This document shows positions 39,528 through 49,309 of a stretch of 64,000 nucleotides of DNA, one piece after another. The translations under genes were made by a program, and so were the position numbers. The stretch is taken from NCBI GenBank assembly GCA_963674965.2, contig CAXXFL010000001.1:1550739-1614738 (forward strand), in the 5' to 3' direction. The stretch is from a bacterium (GTDB taxonomy: Bacteria; RBG-13-61-14; DATKZS01). How positions within the stretch are numbered: the stretch's first letter is position 1; the number at the start of each line of letters is the position of its first letter. The notes under the pieces were generated by a model. It saw only the letters and a program-made list of their open reading frames with translations, searched no databases and was not told where the DNA came from.

Positions 39528-39651
39528 CCTAACGGCCCGATTCATCGGGCTTCCGAGCGAGCTTTAGCGAAGCGAGCCAATAAGCCCGTGCTTCAGCGCG
39601 GGTTACTCGGCGACCCGCGTTTTGATCAAGGGCGTTTTAACGTCCTTCTCG
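39528..39651 (+). repeat. REP-like multi-hairpin unit, copy 2 (124 bp)
   Basis: Direct repeat of 38692-38815 with scattered substitutions. Confidence 0.9.
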
Positions 39652-39817
39652 TTTCGACCCTCCTCGATGCGAAAAAAAACCTTATATTGATTAGATATAC
39701 TACTTGGCCGTTATATGTCAAGCGGAAAAAAAGAACGCGTCCGGGTTATGGAACGCGCTCCCCGACATGCGCCGGGCGAGAGTCCGGCTATCCGGCGGAG
39801 GATTGGCGCAAGCGCCT

Positions 39818-42346
39818 TTACTCCCTCTCTATTTTTCCTTTTACTCCGAAATAGCTGTACTCCGCCTTGGGGGGACGGGAGGTCATCAGGCTGGCCGCGT
39901 AGCCGATGATGACGCAGGAGAGGAAGCCGGTGAAGGTGTAGAAGAGGAGGTGGACGGGGAGGTATTCCTGGACCGCGTACTGGATAAGGCCGCTGCCGAT
40001 AAGGCCGGCGATGGCGCCGGGGCCGTTGGCTCGTTTCGACAATAATCCGAGCAGGAACAGGCCGCCCAGGCCGCCGGCGAGGAGTCCGATCCACTTCTGG
40101 AACTCGTTGAGCAGGGACCCGATCCTCTCCGATGAGGCCGCCATTAAAAGGGCCACGGCCGTGCCGACGATACCGACCGCGGCGGTGGCGATCTTGGCGA
40201 AGCGAAGGGCCTTTGCCTCGGAGGCGTCCTTTTTAAAGCGGCGATAATAATCGGTGGTGGCCACGGCGGCGACCGAGTTCATGGCGCTGTCCAGGCTGGA
40301 CATGGCGGCGGCGAATAGGCCGGCCACGATCAGACCGGCCGCTCCGGCGGGGAGCTGGGTCATGATGTACCAGGGAAAGACGGCGTCGAAGTTCTGGTTG
40401 GCGGGGCTTAGCGCCTCGGGCCTGTCCTTGAAGAACACGTAAAGGGCCGTGCCCATGCCATAGAAGACGAAGGCCGCGGGTATGGTCAGGACGCCGAAGG
40501 TCCACAGGCTCCGGGCCGCGTCCTTTTCGCCGGCCGTGGTCTGATACCTTTGCACGTAAGTCTGGTCGCTGCCAGCGTTGATCATGGTATAGGCGAAGCC
40601 CCCGAGCACGGTGACCAGGAGCGTGGGAGGGGCGAGGCTGAGGCGGGAATCGATCATGTGGAGCTTGCCGTCCCGCCAGGCCACCTGGGCCAGTTCCATG
40701 GCCCCTCCGTCAAGCTTCATGATGATAAGGAAAAAGCAAAGGAAGGCCCCCCCGAGGAGGGCGATGACCTGGAGCACGTCAGTCCAGATGACCGCCTCGA
40801 TGCCGCCCATTACCGTGTAGACGATGGCGATGGCGCCGATGATCAGGATGCAGCCCACCTCGCTTATCCCGGTCACGAGGGACAGGGTGAAGGCGGGGAT
40901 ATAAAGGACTATGGCGAAGCGGGCGAGTTGGAACGTGACGAAGGCGGCGGACCCGATGATCCGGGAGGGCAGGTTGAAGCGCGTCTCGAGGTACTCGTAG
41001 GAGGTGGTAATTTTCAGCCTCCTGAACACGGGGATATAGAAGGCCACCACCACGGGTATGGCCAGGAACTGGGCGAAGCTCATGGGCATATAGGTCAGGT
41101 CCGAGGCGAAGGTCATGGCGGGAAGAGAGATGAAGGTGATGACCGACAGCCCGGTACCGAATATGGACATGCCCGCCGCCCACCAGGGAACGCGGCCGCC
41201 GGCCTTGAAAAAGTCGTCCGTCGATTTTTCCCGCCTCGCGAAATAAACGCCCATCCCCAAAAGAACGATAAGGTATACTCCGAGCACGGCGTAGTTGGCG
41301 GCCCCGAACCCGGACCGCGAAAGGGGACTCATCTTCCAGACGGCGTCTCGCGGTCCGCCGCGGCCCGGCTCGAAAGTCAAAAAATTCCCTGCGTCCAGGG
41401 GCAATATAATGGACGCGGCCTCGATCTCGGGGGGCGGCGCATCCGAGGTGGACCAGGCGTTGGTCACCACGTTAAAGGCAAGCAGCGCGTCTCCCTTTCC
41501 CTCCAGGTTCAGGAATAACAGATGATAAGGCCCGGAAGGAAAGCCCCGGCCAACGGGCGCGCCGGTTGGGAAGTCATCCGGAAGGCGAACGTCCTCGAGG
41601 GGCTTCCAGCCAGGGTCCTCGAAGTCGAAGATCGAAACGGAGGATGCCTCCGGCCCCGCCTTAAAGAGAAGCACTTTATTCTGATGGTTGGTCTCCCTGG
41701 CGGCCATGACCGCTTCCGGGCCGGGATTCATCTCGGATGATCCCAACTCGCGCCAGGCGAAGTCCGGCTTATCCCGCTCGGACAGGTCAAGCGAGTACAA
41801 GGTGGACGCTTTATCGTGGGAAACCCTTGGGGGGCTTTTAGTCAAGACGAAGATTTTCTCGCCCATCGAGGTCCCGATCACGCTTTGGGTTTCCCCGGTA
41901 AGGGGAGGGAGCTTTTCGATGGCAAAGGAATTATCCTCGGGCTTGTAGGTAATAATGGACGCGGATAAAGACGCGCCCGATGGAGTTTGGCCATCAAGGC
42001 ATAAAAAGCCCTTCTCCATGGGCAAGACAAGACGGCATTCCAGGGGAAGCGAAAAAGAAAGCCCGGGTTCCTCTATCCAGGCAAAGCCCTTTTCATCCTC
42101 CTCGATAACGAGGAGTTTTTCATATATTTCAGAGGCATGGGAGGATCCGTCAGGTTTTTCCCGCTTGGCGGCCAGTATCCACGCGCCCTTTTGGCCTCCC
42201 AAAAACACGAGGTCTTGATCACCAATACCGACCGGAGGCGCGGGCAGGGGAGTGTTTTCCCAGGCGAAGTAATTGGCGGACCATGCGCTGGATGGTCCCC
42301 CTACCACAAAAATAAGGGCGGCAAAGATGGCGGATAAATATTTCAA
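39818..42346 (-). CDS. Sodium:solute symporter (SSS, SiaT-like) fused to an N-terminal exported Kelch/beta-propeller-like domain
   Basis: Signal peptide, ~320-aa soluble domain, then DFFKAGGRVPWWAAGMSIF, YEYLETRF, GGIEAVIWTD, DQTYVQRY, FAAAMSSLDS. Confidence 0.88.
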   Translation of the reverse strand: MKYLSAIFAALIFVVGGPSSAWSANYFAWENTPLPAPPVGIGDQDLVFLGGQKGAWILAAKREKPDGSSHASEIYEKLLVIEEDEKGFAWIEEPGLSFSLPLECRLVLPMEKGFLCLDGQTPSGASLSASIITYKPEDNSFAIEKLPPLTGETQSVIGTSMGEKIFVLTKSPPRVSHDKASTLYSLDLSERDKPDFAWRELGSSEMNPGPEAVMAARETNHQNKVLLFKAGPEASSVSIFDFEDPGWKPLEDVRLPDDFPTGAPVGRGFPSGPYHLLFLNLEGKGDALLAFNVVTNAWSTSDAPPPEIEAASIILPLDAGNFLTFEPGRGGPRDAVWKMSPLSRSGFGAANYAVLGVYLIVLLGMGVYFARREKSTDDFFKAGGRVPWWAAGMSIFGTGLSVITFISLPAMTFASDLTYMPMSFAQFLAIPVVVAFYIPVFRRLKITTSYEYLETRFNLPSRIIGSAAFVTFQLARFAIVLYIPAFTLSLVTGISEVGCILIIGAIAIVYTVMGGIEAVIWTDVLQVIALLGGAFLCFFLIIMKLDGGAMELAQVAWRDGKLHMIDSRLSLAPPTLLVTVLGGFAYTMINAGSDQTYVQRYQTTAGEKDAARSLWTFGVLTIPAAFVFYGMGTALYVFFKDRPEALSPANQNFDAVFPWYIMTQLPAGAAGLIVAGLFAAAMSSLDSAMNSVAAVATTDYYRRFKKDASEAKALRFAKIATAAVGIVGTAVALLMAASSERIGSLLNEFQKWIGLLAGGLGGLFLLGLLSKRANGPGAIAGLIGSGLIQYAVQEYLPVHLLFYTFTGFLSCVIIGYAASLMTSRPPKAEYSYFGVKGKIERE

Positions 42347-42439
42347 CGGCGCTGGTCCCGCTATTTGGGAAGCAGCTTGAGTAAAACACGAGGCGAGGGA
42401 GGGGTCAAGTTTTACGAGGGAAGAGCGAATCAGCCCCCC

Positions 42440-42469
42440 AAAAAAAAGCCCCCCGAAAAGGAGGGCTTT
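42440..42469 (-). terminator. Rho-independent terminator of rplM-rpsI
   Basis: On the minus strand AAGCCCTCC-TTTTC-GGGGGGCTT followed by a T run. Confidence 0.75.
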
Positions 42470-42488
42470 GAAGCTCGGATGATAGCGA

Positions 42489-42881
42489 TTAACGCTTGGA
42501 ATACTGGTACCTGGCCCTGGCGGACTTTTGTCCGTATTTCTTCCTTTCCTTGGCCCGGGGGTCTCTTCTTACGAAGCCCGCTTTCTTGAGCACGCCGCGC
42601 AGGTCGGGGTCGTATTCGATAAGGGCCCGCGTAATGCCGTGCTTGACCGCTCCGGCCTGTCCGGACATTCCTCCACCCTTGACGTTGACGAAAATGTCGA
42701 ACTTGCCGTCGTTGCTGGTCAGCACCAGGGGCTGCTTAACGATGAGACGGGAGGTCTTCCGGTCGAAGTAGTCCTCGAAATCTCTTTTGTTTACAACTAT
42801 TTTACCGGAACCCGGTTTAAGCCTGATCCTTGCGACGGACGTTTTCCTTCTTCCCGTCGCCCAGAAGATATCTTCCTGCAT
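42489..42881 (-). CDS. rpsI: 30S ribosomal protein S9
   Basis: [39 protein letters not shown]. Confidence 0.98.
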   Translation of the reverse strand: MQEDIFWATGRRKTSVARIRLKPGSGKIVVNKRDFEDYFDRKTSRLIVKQPLVLTSNDGKFDIFVNVKGGGMSGQAGAVKHGITRALIEYDPDLRGVLKKAGFVRRDPRAKERKKYGQKSARARYQYSKR

Positions 42882-42899
42882 TGCCCTTAGACTCCTTGA

Positions 42900-43328
42900 C
42901 TAAATCTTGAGCGGTTCCGGGCACTGCGCCTTGTGGGGGTGCTCGGGTCCGGCGTAAATTTTAAGCTTGTTGATGATCTTGCGGTTAAGCTTGTTTTTGG
43001 GAAGCATGCCCTTGACGGCGGTCCGGATGATGAAATCCGGCTTGGTGTCGATCAGTTCCTTGGCCGTCGCCTTCCTGATCCCGGAGGGGTATCCCGTGTT
43101 CCGGTAGTAGGTTTTCTGCTCGAGTTTGTTTCCCGTAAGTTTGATCTTTTCCGCGTTGACCACGATAACGAAATCGCCCGTGTCCACGTGGGGCGTATAA
43201 GACGGTTTATGCTTTCCACGCAGCACGTCGGCGATCCTGGTGGCCAGCCGGCCAAGGACCAGGTCCTCGGCGTCTACCACGTACCAGTTCCTGGTTACCT
43301 CACCAGGTTTTGCGCTTTTAGTATACAT
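42900..43328 (-). CDS. rplM: 50S ribosomal protein L13
   Basis: WYVVDA...[38 protein letters not shown]. Confidence 0.98.
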   Translation of the reverse strand: MYTKSAKPGEVTRNWYVVDAEDLVLGRLATRIADVLRGKHKPSYTPHVDTGDFVIVVNAEKIKLTGNKLEQKTYYRNTGYPSGIRKATAKELIDTKPDFIIRTAVKGMLPKNKLNRKIINKLKIYAGPEHPHKAQCPEPLKI

Positions 43329-43539
43329 TTTTCACTCCCTTGCCTGGAAAAGACAGGATAACTCCATTATTCGGTTTTGTCAAGGAGTCAAGCGCGAAAA
43401 ACAAAGGACGGGCTACGCATGAATCGCCATGCTTTGGCTCCCGATACAATGACTATTCTCCCGGGGCCTCTTTTTTTCCGCAAGCTCGATGGAAAAGATT
43501 CGATTCTCGGTCAACCGTAATCGATAAGTCTCCAATATT

Positions 43540-44205
43540 TCAGGTGCTTTGCTTGAGGTTGAATATCCGCTCTATGTCTTCCACGTCGCCCAGGATGATC
43601 AGAAGATGACTCTCCTTTATCTTGGTGTTGGCCTCGGGGATGAAGGTCTTATCTTCCGGCACCTTGTCTTTTATGGCCAGAATCTGGCAGTGATATTTTC
43701 TTCTGAAGTCCAGTTCCTCGAGTGTCCTTCCCACCATTTCCTTAAGGGGGATCATCTCCACGATCGAGAGGTCCGAGCCCAGGTAAAGACAGTCGGCAAT
43801 GTTGGTTCCGGCCAGGCTCGAGGCCACCCTGATGCCGGTGTCCCTCTCGGGGAATACGATCTGGTTGACTCCGATCACCTCGAGGATTTTGGCGTGGTCC
43901 TCCGAGGTGGCCTTGGCCACGATCCTCTTGATGCCCAGTTCCTTGAGGTGCATGGCGGCCAGAACGGACGACTCGAGCTTGTCGCCCAGGCTGAGGACGA
44001 CCGCGTCCAGACGGTGGAGGGACATCTTCTCCAGGACCCGCTTGTCCGTGGCGTCGGCGATAATGGCCTTGGCCACCTTGGACTTGATCTTATCGACCAT
44101 GGACTCCTCGCGGTCTATGACCAGGACCTCGTTCCCGAGCTCGGAAAGCCTGAGGGCCAGGTAATAACCGAAACTGCTCATGCCGATAACCGCTATCTGT
44201 TTCAT
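43540..44205 (-). CDS. KtrA/TrkA-family K+ uptake regulatory subunit (RCK_N + RCK_C)
   Basis: IAVIGMSSFG, IADATD, IVAKA...HAKIL..IG...VFPERD.G. Confidence 0.92.
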   Translation of the reverse strand: MKQIAVIGMSSFGYYLALRLSELGNEVLVIDREESMVDKIKSKVAKAIIADATDKRVLEKMSLHRLDAVVLSLGDKLESSVLAAMHLKELGIKRIVAKATSEDHAKILEVIGVNQIVFPERDTGIRVASSLAGTNIADCLYLGSDLSIVEMIPLKEMVGRTLEELDFRRKYHCQILAIKDKVPEDKTFIPEANTKIKESHLLIILGDVEDIERIFNLKQST

Positions 44206-44223
44206 TCAGGGTCCTCCTCCAAG

Positions 44224-45600
44224 TCATCCAATGAGGATTTCCTCCTCCGGGTATCTGTAAGCCGCCCGCTCCAAGCGCCTCTCCATGGCGAAAATCAGGG
44301 TGATCGGGCCCAGCCGGCCCGTAAACATCATGATCGTGATAAGGACCTTTCCAGCCACGCTTAGCTGGGGCGTGACCCCGGTGCTCAGGCCCACCGTGCC
44401 AAAGGCCGAGACGGCCTCGAAAAGAAGCTCGATAAACATGCCTCGGCTGTCAACGTGAGAGGCCCCGCCCAGCTCGGTCATGAGCAGCACCATGGTCATA
44501 AAGCCGATGATGGTCCCGGAAATAATCAGCAGGGAAAGGGCCTGCTCGAGGTTGGCGCGGGTGATCGAACGGCCGAAAAGACCCGGCGCCTTCATGCCCC
44601 GAAGCCTCGAGATAATGACGACCAGGATCACTCCCACCGTGGTGACCTTCACCCCACCGGCCATCGAGCCCGGAGCGCCACCTATATACATAAGGACGAT
44701 GATAAGGAATAGACTCGAGTTGGCAAGATGTTGCACGTCTAAAGTATTGAAGCCCGCCGTGCGGGTGGTAACGCTCTGGAAAAGAGACCTCATCAGGGCT
44801 TGGCCAAAGGAAAGGCCCGCAAGGTTGTGGTTCCTCTCGATGCCGTAAAAAACCATGGTCCCGCCCACGATCAGTATGACCGTCATCATAAGCACGATCC
44901 GGGCGTGAAAGCTTATGCGATTGCCGTAATGGCTCTTTCTGGCGATGAGCCCGTACCAGACGTCGGCCATGAGAAAAAAACCGATCCCACCGAACACGAT
45001 CAACATAATGAGGGCAAAATTTATCACCGGGCTTCCCGCGTAGCGTACTAGACTGTCGGGGAAGAGGGAGAAGCCCGCGTTGCAGAAAGCCGAAACAGAG
45101 TGAAAGACGGACAGCCAAAGGGCCCGGCCGAAGGAATATTCTCCTATCCATTGCGTGAAGAGGATGACGGCCCCGGCCGTCTCGAAGGCAAAGGTCACGC
45201 CCACGGCCATGCCCAAAAGCTTGGCCAGGCTGAAACTGCGAAACTCGAGGAACTGGCCGCTCACGGAGTCGCGCAGGGTGAAGGAGGTCCGGCGTCCGAG
45301 TATGACCAGGATAAAGGTCGAGAGCATCATGATGCCGAAGCCGCCGATCTGGATCATGGTAAGGATAACGGCCTGGCCGAAGCCCGTGAACTTGCCGCCC
45401 GTGTCCGCCACGGTCAAACCCGTGACGCAAGTGGCGGAAGTGGCGGTAAAAATCGCGTCCACAAACCCAAGGGACTCGCCCTTAGTCGAAATGGGAAGCA
45501 TCAGCAAAAGAGCGCCGATAAAAATGATGGCGGCGAAACCAAAAACCGCGAACTGGGCCGCGTTCATTCGTCCGGCTATTTTATTAATCCAGGAATTCAT
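44224..45600 (-). CDS. KtrB/TrkH-family K+ uptake membrane subunit
   Basis: FTATSATCVTGL, SVSAFCNAGFSL, SVTTRTAGFNT, SAFGTVGLSTG, GRLGP; start approximate. Confidence 0.93.
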   Translation of the reverse strand: MNSWINKIAGRMNAAQFAVFGFAAIIFIGALLLMLPISTKGESLGFVDAIFTATSATCVTGLTVADTGGKFTGFGQAVILTMIQIGGFGIMMLSTFILVILGRRTSFTLRDSVSGQFLEFRSFSLAKLLGMAVGVTFAFETAGAVILFTQWIGEYSFGRALWLSVFHSVSAFCNAGFSLFPDSLVRYAGSPVINFALIMLIVFGGIGFFLMADVWYGLIARKSHYGNRISFHARIVLMMTVILIVGGTMVFYGIERNHNLAGLSFGQALMRSLFQSVTTRTAGFNTLDVQHLANSSLFLIIVLMYIGGAPGSMAGGVKVTTVGVILVVIISRLRGMKAPGLFGRSITRANLEQALSLLIISGTIIGFMTMVLLMTELGGASHVDSRGMFIELLFEAVSAFGTVGLSTGVTPQLSVAGKVLITIMMFTGRLGPITLIFAMERRLERAAYRYPEEEILIG

Positions 45601-45932
45601 GAACGAAAACCTTTGTAAATTAAAGGATTTTAAGTGCCTTCCCACCGTCGCCCGGCGGCCCTTTTGGGAAATTACATTTAAAAACCCACGCTTATAATAG
45701 CATATCCGGCGGTCGCGGGCGGCTCGAGCTTGCTGACAAGCGCCCTCCATTGTAAGCGCTGGCGTTATTATCCACCCCCCGATTAATAAGTCAAATATCA
45801 AGATACATTTGTAAAAGTCCCGATTTGCATGAGGTCCCATGCGAAAGGGAGAAGACGACCCGTCGGCGAGGTCACGGAAAGCCGGGTTGAACGGCAGCTC
45901 TCGGCCTTATACAATATGCTCGTCAATTACCC

Positions 45933-47090
45933 ATGAATGAAATCTCCATCAGGCAAAGATCGAAAATCACCCTGATCCATACGGCCGACGCGCATCTGGG
46001 AAGGGCCTTCCACGACCTAGGTCCCACTGGACGTCATTTACGCCGGGCCGTTGAAAAGGCTTTCGCCCGCGTGGTGGACGCGGCCCTCTCGAGAAAGGCC
46101 GACCTTTTCCTGGTGGCGGGTGACCTGTTCGACTCGGCCAGGCCGCCCCGCGCCTCTTTAGCGCTTGTGGATTCCTGCCTGACCCGCCTGGCCAAGGCCG
46201 GGGTAAGGACAATAATTATTCCGGGCACTCACGACCCTTCGGGGTCGTCTCCCTTTTCCTCGCCGACGTTCTCCTCGCGGGGCGGGAGGGTGTTCGTGCT
46301 GACGCCTCGAAATCCGGCCGTATATATAGAGGAACTGGCCCTGGCCGCCGCGGCCTGGATGCCGGGGGCCGGCGGTAAGGACGCCTGGATCGGGCCTCCC
46401 ACCGGCTGGGACCGGGACGCTCGTTTTCGCGTCGGCCTGGCCCACGGCAGCAACGTGGACTGGATCGAGGGCGGAGAGCCGGAGGACCTCCTGCCGGCCG
46501 AGTTGCTAAAAGGCGCGGGCCTGGATTACCTGGCCCTGGGTCATCACCACGGAGCGGGGCCGATCGAGGGATCGGACGGCGCGGCCTGGTACTCGGGCTC
46601 GCCCGAGATACTGGCGTCCGACCAGACGGGCGCGGGCCACGCGCTTTTCGTCACCCTCGAGGCTACGGGGACCGGCGTGGAAAGGACGGTCGAGAAGATC
46701 GAGGTGGGGCGACTTTCAACTCGAAAGATTGAGGTGGATATTTCCGCGGCCTCGGACCAAAACCTCGAGGCCGAGATAGCGGCCCTGGCCCATGAGGACC
46801 TCTACCTTGACGTAGTGCTAAGAGGAATCCTGCCCGCTGACGCCGATCCGGCCGACGTGAGAGGCGTCATGGAAAGGAGGGCTCAAGACTTCTTCCGCCT
46901 CCGAATTCTGGATAAGCTGGAAAGGACGCCCGCCGCGGCCTCGGTCGAGGATTTCCCCTCCCAGTCGGTGGCCGCCGAGTTCATTAAAAGGACGCGCGAA
47001 AAGATCGAGGCCGCCGAACTCGAGGAGCGCGGAGAATGGGAAGAGGCCCTGCGGCTCGGGCTTGCCTTTTTGACGGGCGGTGAGTCTTGA
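45933..47090 (+). CDS. SbcD/Mre11-like metallophosphoesterase (YhaO-like DNA repair nuclease)
   Basis: HTADAHLG, AGDLFD, PGTHD, AHG, YLALGHHH, YSGSPE. Confidence 0.88.
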   Translation: MNEISIRQRSKITLIHTADAHLGRAFHDLGPTGRHLRRAVEKAFARVVDAALSRKADLFLVAGDLFDSARPPRASLALVDSCLTRLAKAGVRTIIIPGTHDPSGSSPFSSPTFSSRGGRVFVLTPRNPAVYIEELALAAAAWMPGAGGKDAWIGPPTGWDRDARFRVGLAHGSNVDWIEGGEPEDLLPAELLKGAGLDYLALGHHHGAGPIEGSDGAAWYSGSPEILASDQTGAGHALFVTLEATGTGVERTVEKIEVGRLSTRKIEVDISAASDQNLEAEIAALAHEDLYLDVVLRGILPADADPADVRGVMERRAQDFFRLRILDKLERTPAAASVEDFPSQSVAAEFIKRTREKIEAAELEERGEWEEALRLGLAFLTGGES

Positions 47091-49183
47091 CCGTTATCTT
47101 GAAAAAAATCGAGGTCAGGCGCTTTAAGGGTCTCGCCGAGCTGGACCTCGAGTTGGGACCGGGACTCAACGTCGCGCGCGGGCCTAACGAGTCGGGCAAG
47201 AGCACGATCATCGAGGCTATATTGGCCGCGTTTTATTCGAGCCCTACCTCGAGGTCCCAGGCCTCGATCGAGATGATCTCATGGGGGCAGGAACAAGCGC
47301 CCTTTTTAGCCCTGGACCTCGAGGTGGATGGAAAACCCGCTCGCCTGGAAAAAGACTTCTCCAAACGTGACGTGGCCATTTTTGAGGACGGCCAGACAAT
47401 AAAAACGGCCAAGGCGGTAAAGGAATGGACGGCCCATAATCTCGGTCCCGCCACCAGGGAGCTTTTCGTCGCCACCGCCTGCCTCACGGAGGAAAGCTTC
47501 GCCATCCCCAGGATCACGGGCCAGGACCCGCGCGGCCGGGAGATTATGGACAGACTTCAGGCCACGCTGACGGGCGCTCCCGGCGGCAGCCCGGCCCAGG
47601 TCATAAAGCGCCTCAGGGAAAGACATCGGGCCATCGGCAAGAAGCCCGGGGTTAACGACCGGCAAGGAGGCCCTCTCACGGCGGCGAGAAACGAGATCGG
47701 GGAGGCCGATCGAAAAATCCAGGCGCTGCGCCTAAACCTCGAGGAATACGAAAAGGCTGAGGACCGCTTGACGGGAGTGGCCGAGAGGCTTTCGGCCCTC
47801 GAGACCAGGATGGGCGACCTTGACTCGGCGCTGCAAAACCACCTGGCCTTGATCGAGTCGGAAGACAGGATCACTGAAATCAAGGCCGCTCTCGATCGGC
47901 TCCTTAAAGCCGAGGCCCTGGCCGGCGAGCTGAAGCAAATGGAGGAGGAGATGAAGGCCTTCCCCGGCTTCGACGACCTGGGACCGGCGGCAAAGAGGCT
48001 GGCTGAAATCGTAGCCCTCCTGGATGAAATGGATAAGCATATCTCGAGCCTCGAGTACGAGAAAATCCAGGCCGCTATAAAACCTCCCGCCTATAACCCG
48101 ATCCTCGCCGCCGCTGCCTTGATCCTCTTGGCGTCCGGAACGGTGGCGGCGCTCTCGCTTAAGTCGGCCTGGCCGCTTCTAGCCGCGGGAGCGGCTTTGC
48201 CCCTTGCCGGGCTGGCGGCCTATTTCAAGTTTTCCTCCTCGTCGCGGGAGAGTAAAAGGCTGGCGGCCATTGCCCAGGAGATGGAAAGTCTGGTTTCCCG
48301 TCGTGATGAGATGGAGCGTGAGCAAAGGAGTATCGAGGAACGCTTTGGCAAAAGAGGCGCCAGGGAGTGCCTCGAGTCGTGGTCAACGTTCCATGAAATG
48401 AGACGCCGGATGGACTCTCTTATCGAAAGGATATCGGACCTGGCCGGCCCGGACGGGCTGAATAAGGGGATAACCGACTTGTCCTTGGCGGTAAGGACCG
48501 AGATGGAGCGGGCCAAGTCACTCGAGCCCTACCGGGTCAAGGACCCCTCGAGGCTGGCGGCCCTCGAGCGGGAGGCCCGGGAGGCGCGGGAGGAAATCGG
48601 GCGCCTGCGTGAGGACCGGGTCCGGACCGAGGCGCGGAAAACATCCCTGGACTTCGACCCCGAGGAGTTGATCGAGCTGGAGGAGGGCAGGGCCGAGCTG
48701 TCCCGCCGCGTTGAATATTGGGAGAGGACCGAGAGGGTCCACGCCAAGGCCCTGGCCATGATGGAGGAATCGGTCGAGGCGGTCCTGGCCAGGGCGGGCG
48801 AACTGATCGAGAAGGAGATGAATCCGCTCATGGCGGCGGTTACATCCGGACGCTACGAAAAGGTCAGGGCCGGCCATGACCTGGCCCTGTCCGTACTTGA
48901 CGGGAAAAGCGGACGCTGGGTGGATGAAAGGTTCCTCAGTCTGGCCACGCGGGAGCAGCTTCACCTGGCGGCGCGGCTGTCGCTGGTCAACCTCATCCTG
49001 GGAAAAGCGCGTCCGCCCGTGATCCTGGACGACCCCTTCGCCCATTACGACGATGAAAGGGCAAAAAAGGCGCTGGCCGTCATCAAGGAGTTCGCCAGGG
49101 GCCGGCAGGTGATACTCTTTACGCCAAGCCGCCGCCGCGAGGTCGCGGCGGACCTGGTGGCCAGGCTTGAGAGGATCGAGTAA
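47087..49183 (+). CDS. SMC/Rad50-like coiled-coil ATPase (YhaN/SbcE-like) with central TM hairpin
   Basis: Walker A GPNESGKST, long coiled coils, LSLATREQL.LA.RL, Walker B ILDDPF..YD..R; start overlaps the nuclease stop. Confidence 0.87.
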   Translation: MTVILKKIEVRRFKGLAELDLELGPGLNVARGPNESGKSTIIEAILAAFYSSPTSRSQASIEMISWGQEQAPFLALDLEVDGKPARLEKDFSKRDVAIFEDGQTIKTAKAVKEWTAHNLGPATRELFVATACLTEESFAIPRITGQDPRGREIMDRLQATLTGAPGGSPAQVIKRLRERHRAIGKKPGVNDRQGGPLTAARNEIGEADRKIQALRLNLEEYEKAEDRLTGVAERLSALETRMGDLDSALQNHLALIESEDRITEIKAALDRLLKAEALAGELKQMEEEMKAFPGFDDLGPAAKRLAEIVALLDEMDKHISSLEYEKIQAAIKPPAYNPILAAAALILLASGTVAALSLKSAWPLLAAGAALPLAGLAAYFKFSSSSRESKRLAAIAQEMESLVSRRDEMEREQRSIEERFGKRGARECLESWSTFHEMRRRMDSLIERISDLAGPDGLNKGITDLSLAVRTEMERAKSLEPYRVKDPSRLAALEREAREAREEIGRLREDRVRTEARKTSLDFDPEELIELEEGRAELSRRVEYWERTERVHAKALAMMEESVEAVLARAGELIEKEMNPLMAAVTSGRYEKVRAGHDLALSVLDGKSGRWVDERFLSLATREQLHLAARLSLVNLILGKARPPVILDDPFAHYDDERAKKALAVIKEFARGRQVILFTPSRRREVAADLVARLERIE

Positions 49184-49279
49184 GGATTGCCAAAGTCCGA
49201 AGGGCCTTTGCGGATATAGGGGCGTCGCGTTTGGCTGGGCGCCCGGACTTCAGGATTCTTGTAAGGGGGCTGACCTTTC

Positions 49280-49309
49280 TTGACAGGCGCGGGAGTTAGG
49301 AGTTATCAT
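49280..49309 (+). promoter_or_regulatory. Candidate sigma70 promoter of the hdr-nuo-met operon
   Basis: TTGACA (49280-49285), 18-nt spacer, TATCAT (49304-49309). Confidence 0.45.

Noticed and set aside
38692-39651. Repeats as a CRISPR array
   Set aside because: Units are ~105-124 bp, in both orientations, not regularly spaced, and there are no cas genes.
45600-45930. Possible c-di-AMP riboswitch upstream of the Ktr/Trk genes (suggested by the PgpH-like gene)
   Set aside because: No ydaO consensus elements recognised on the minus strand by eye; would need an Infernal scan.
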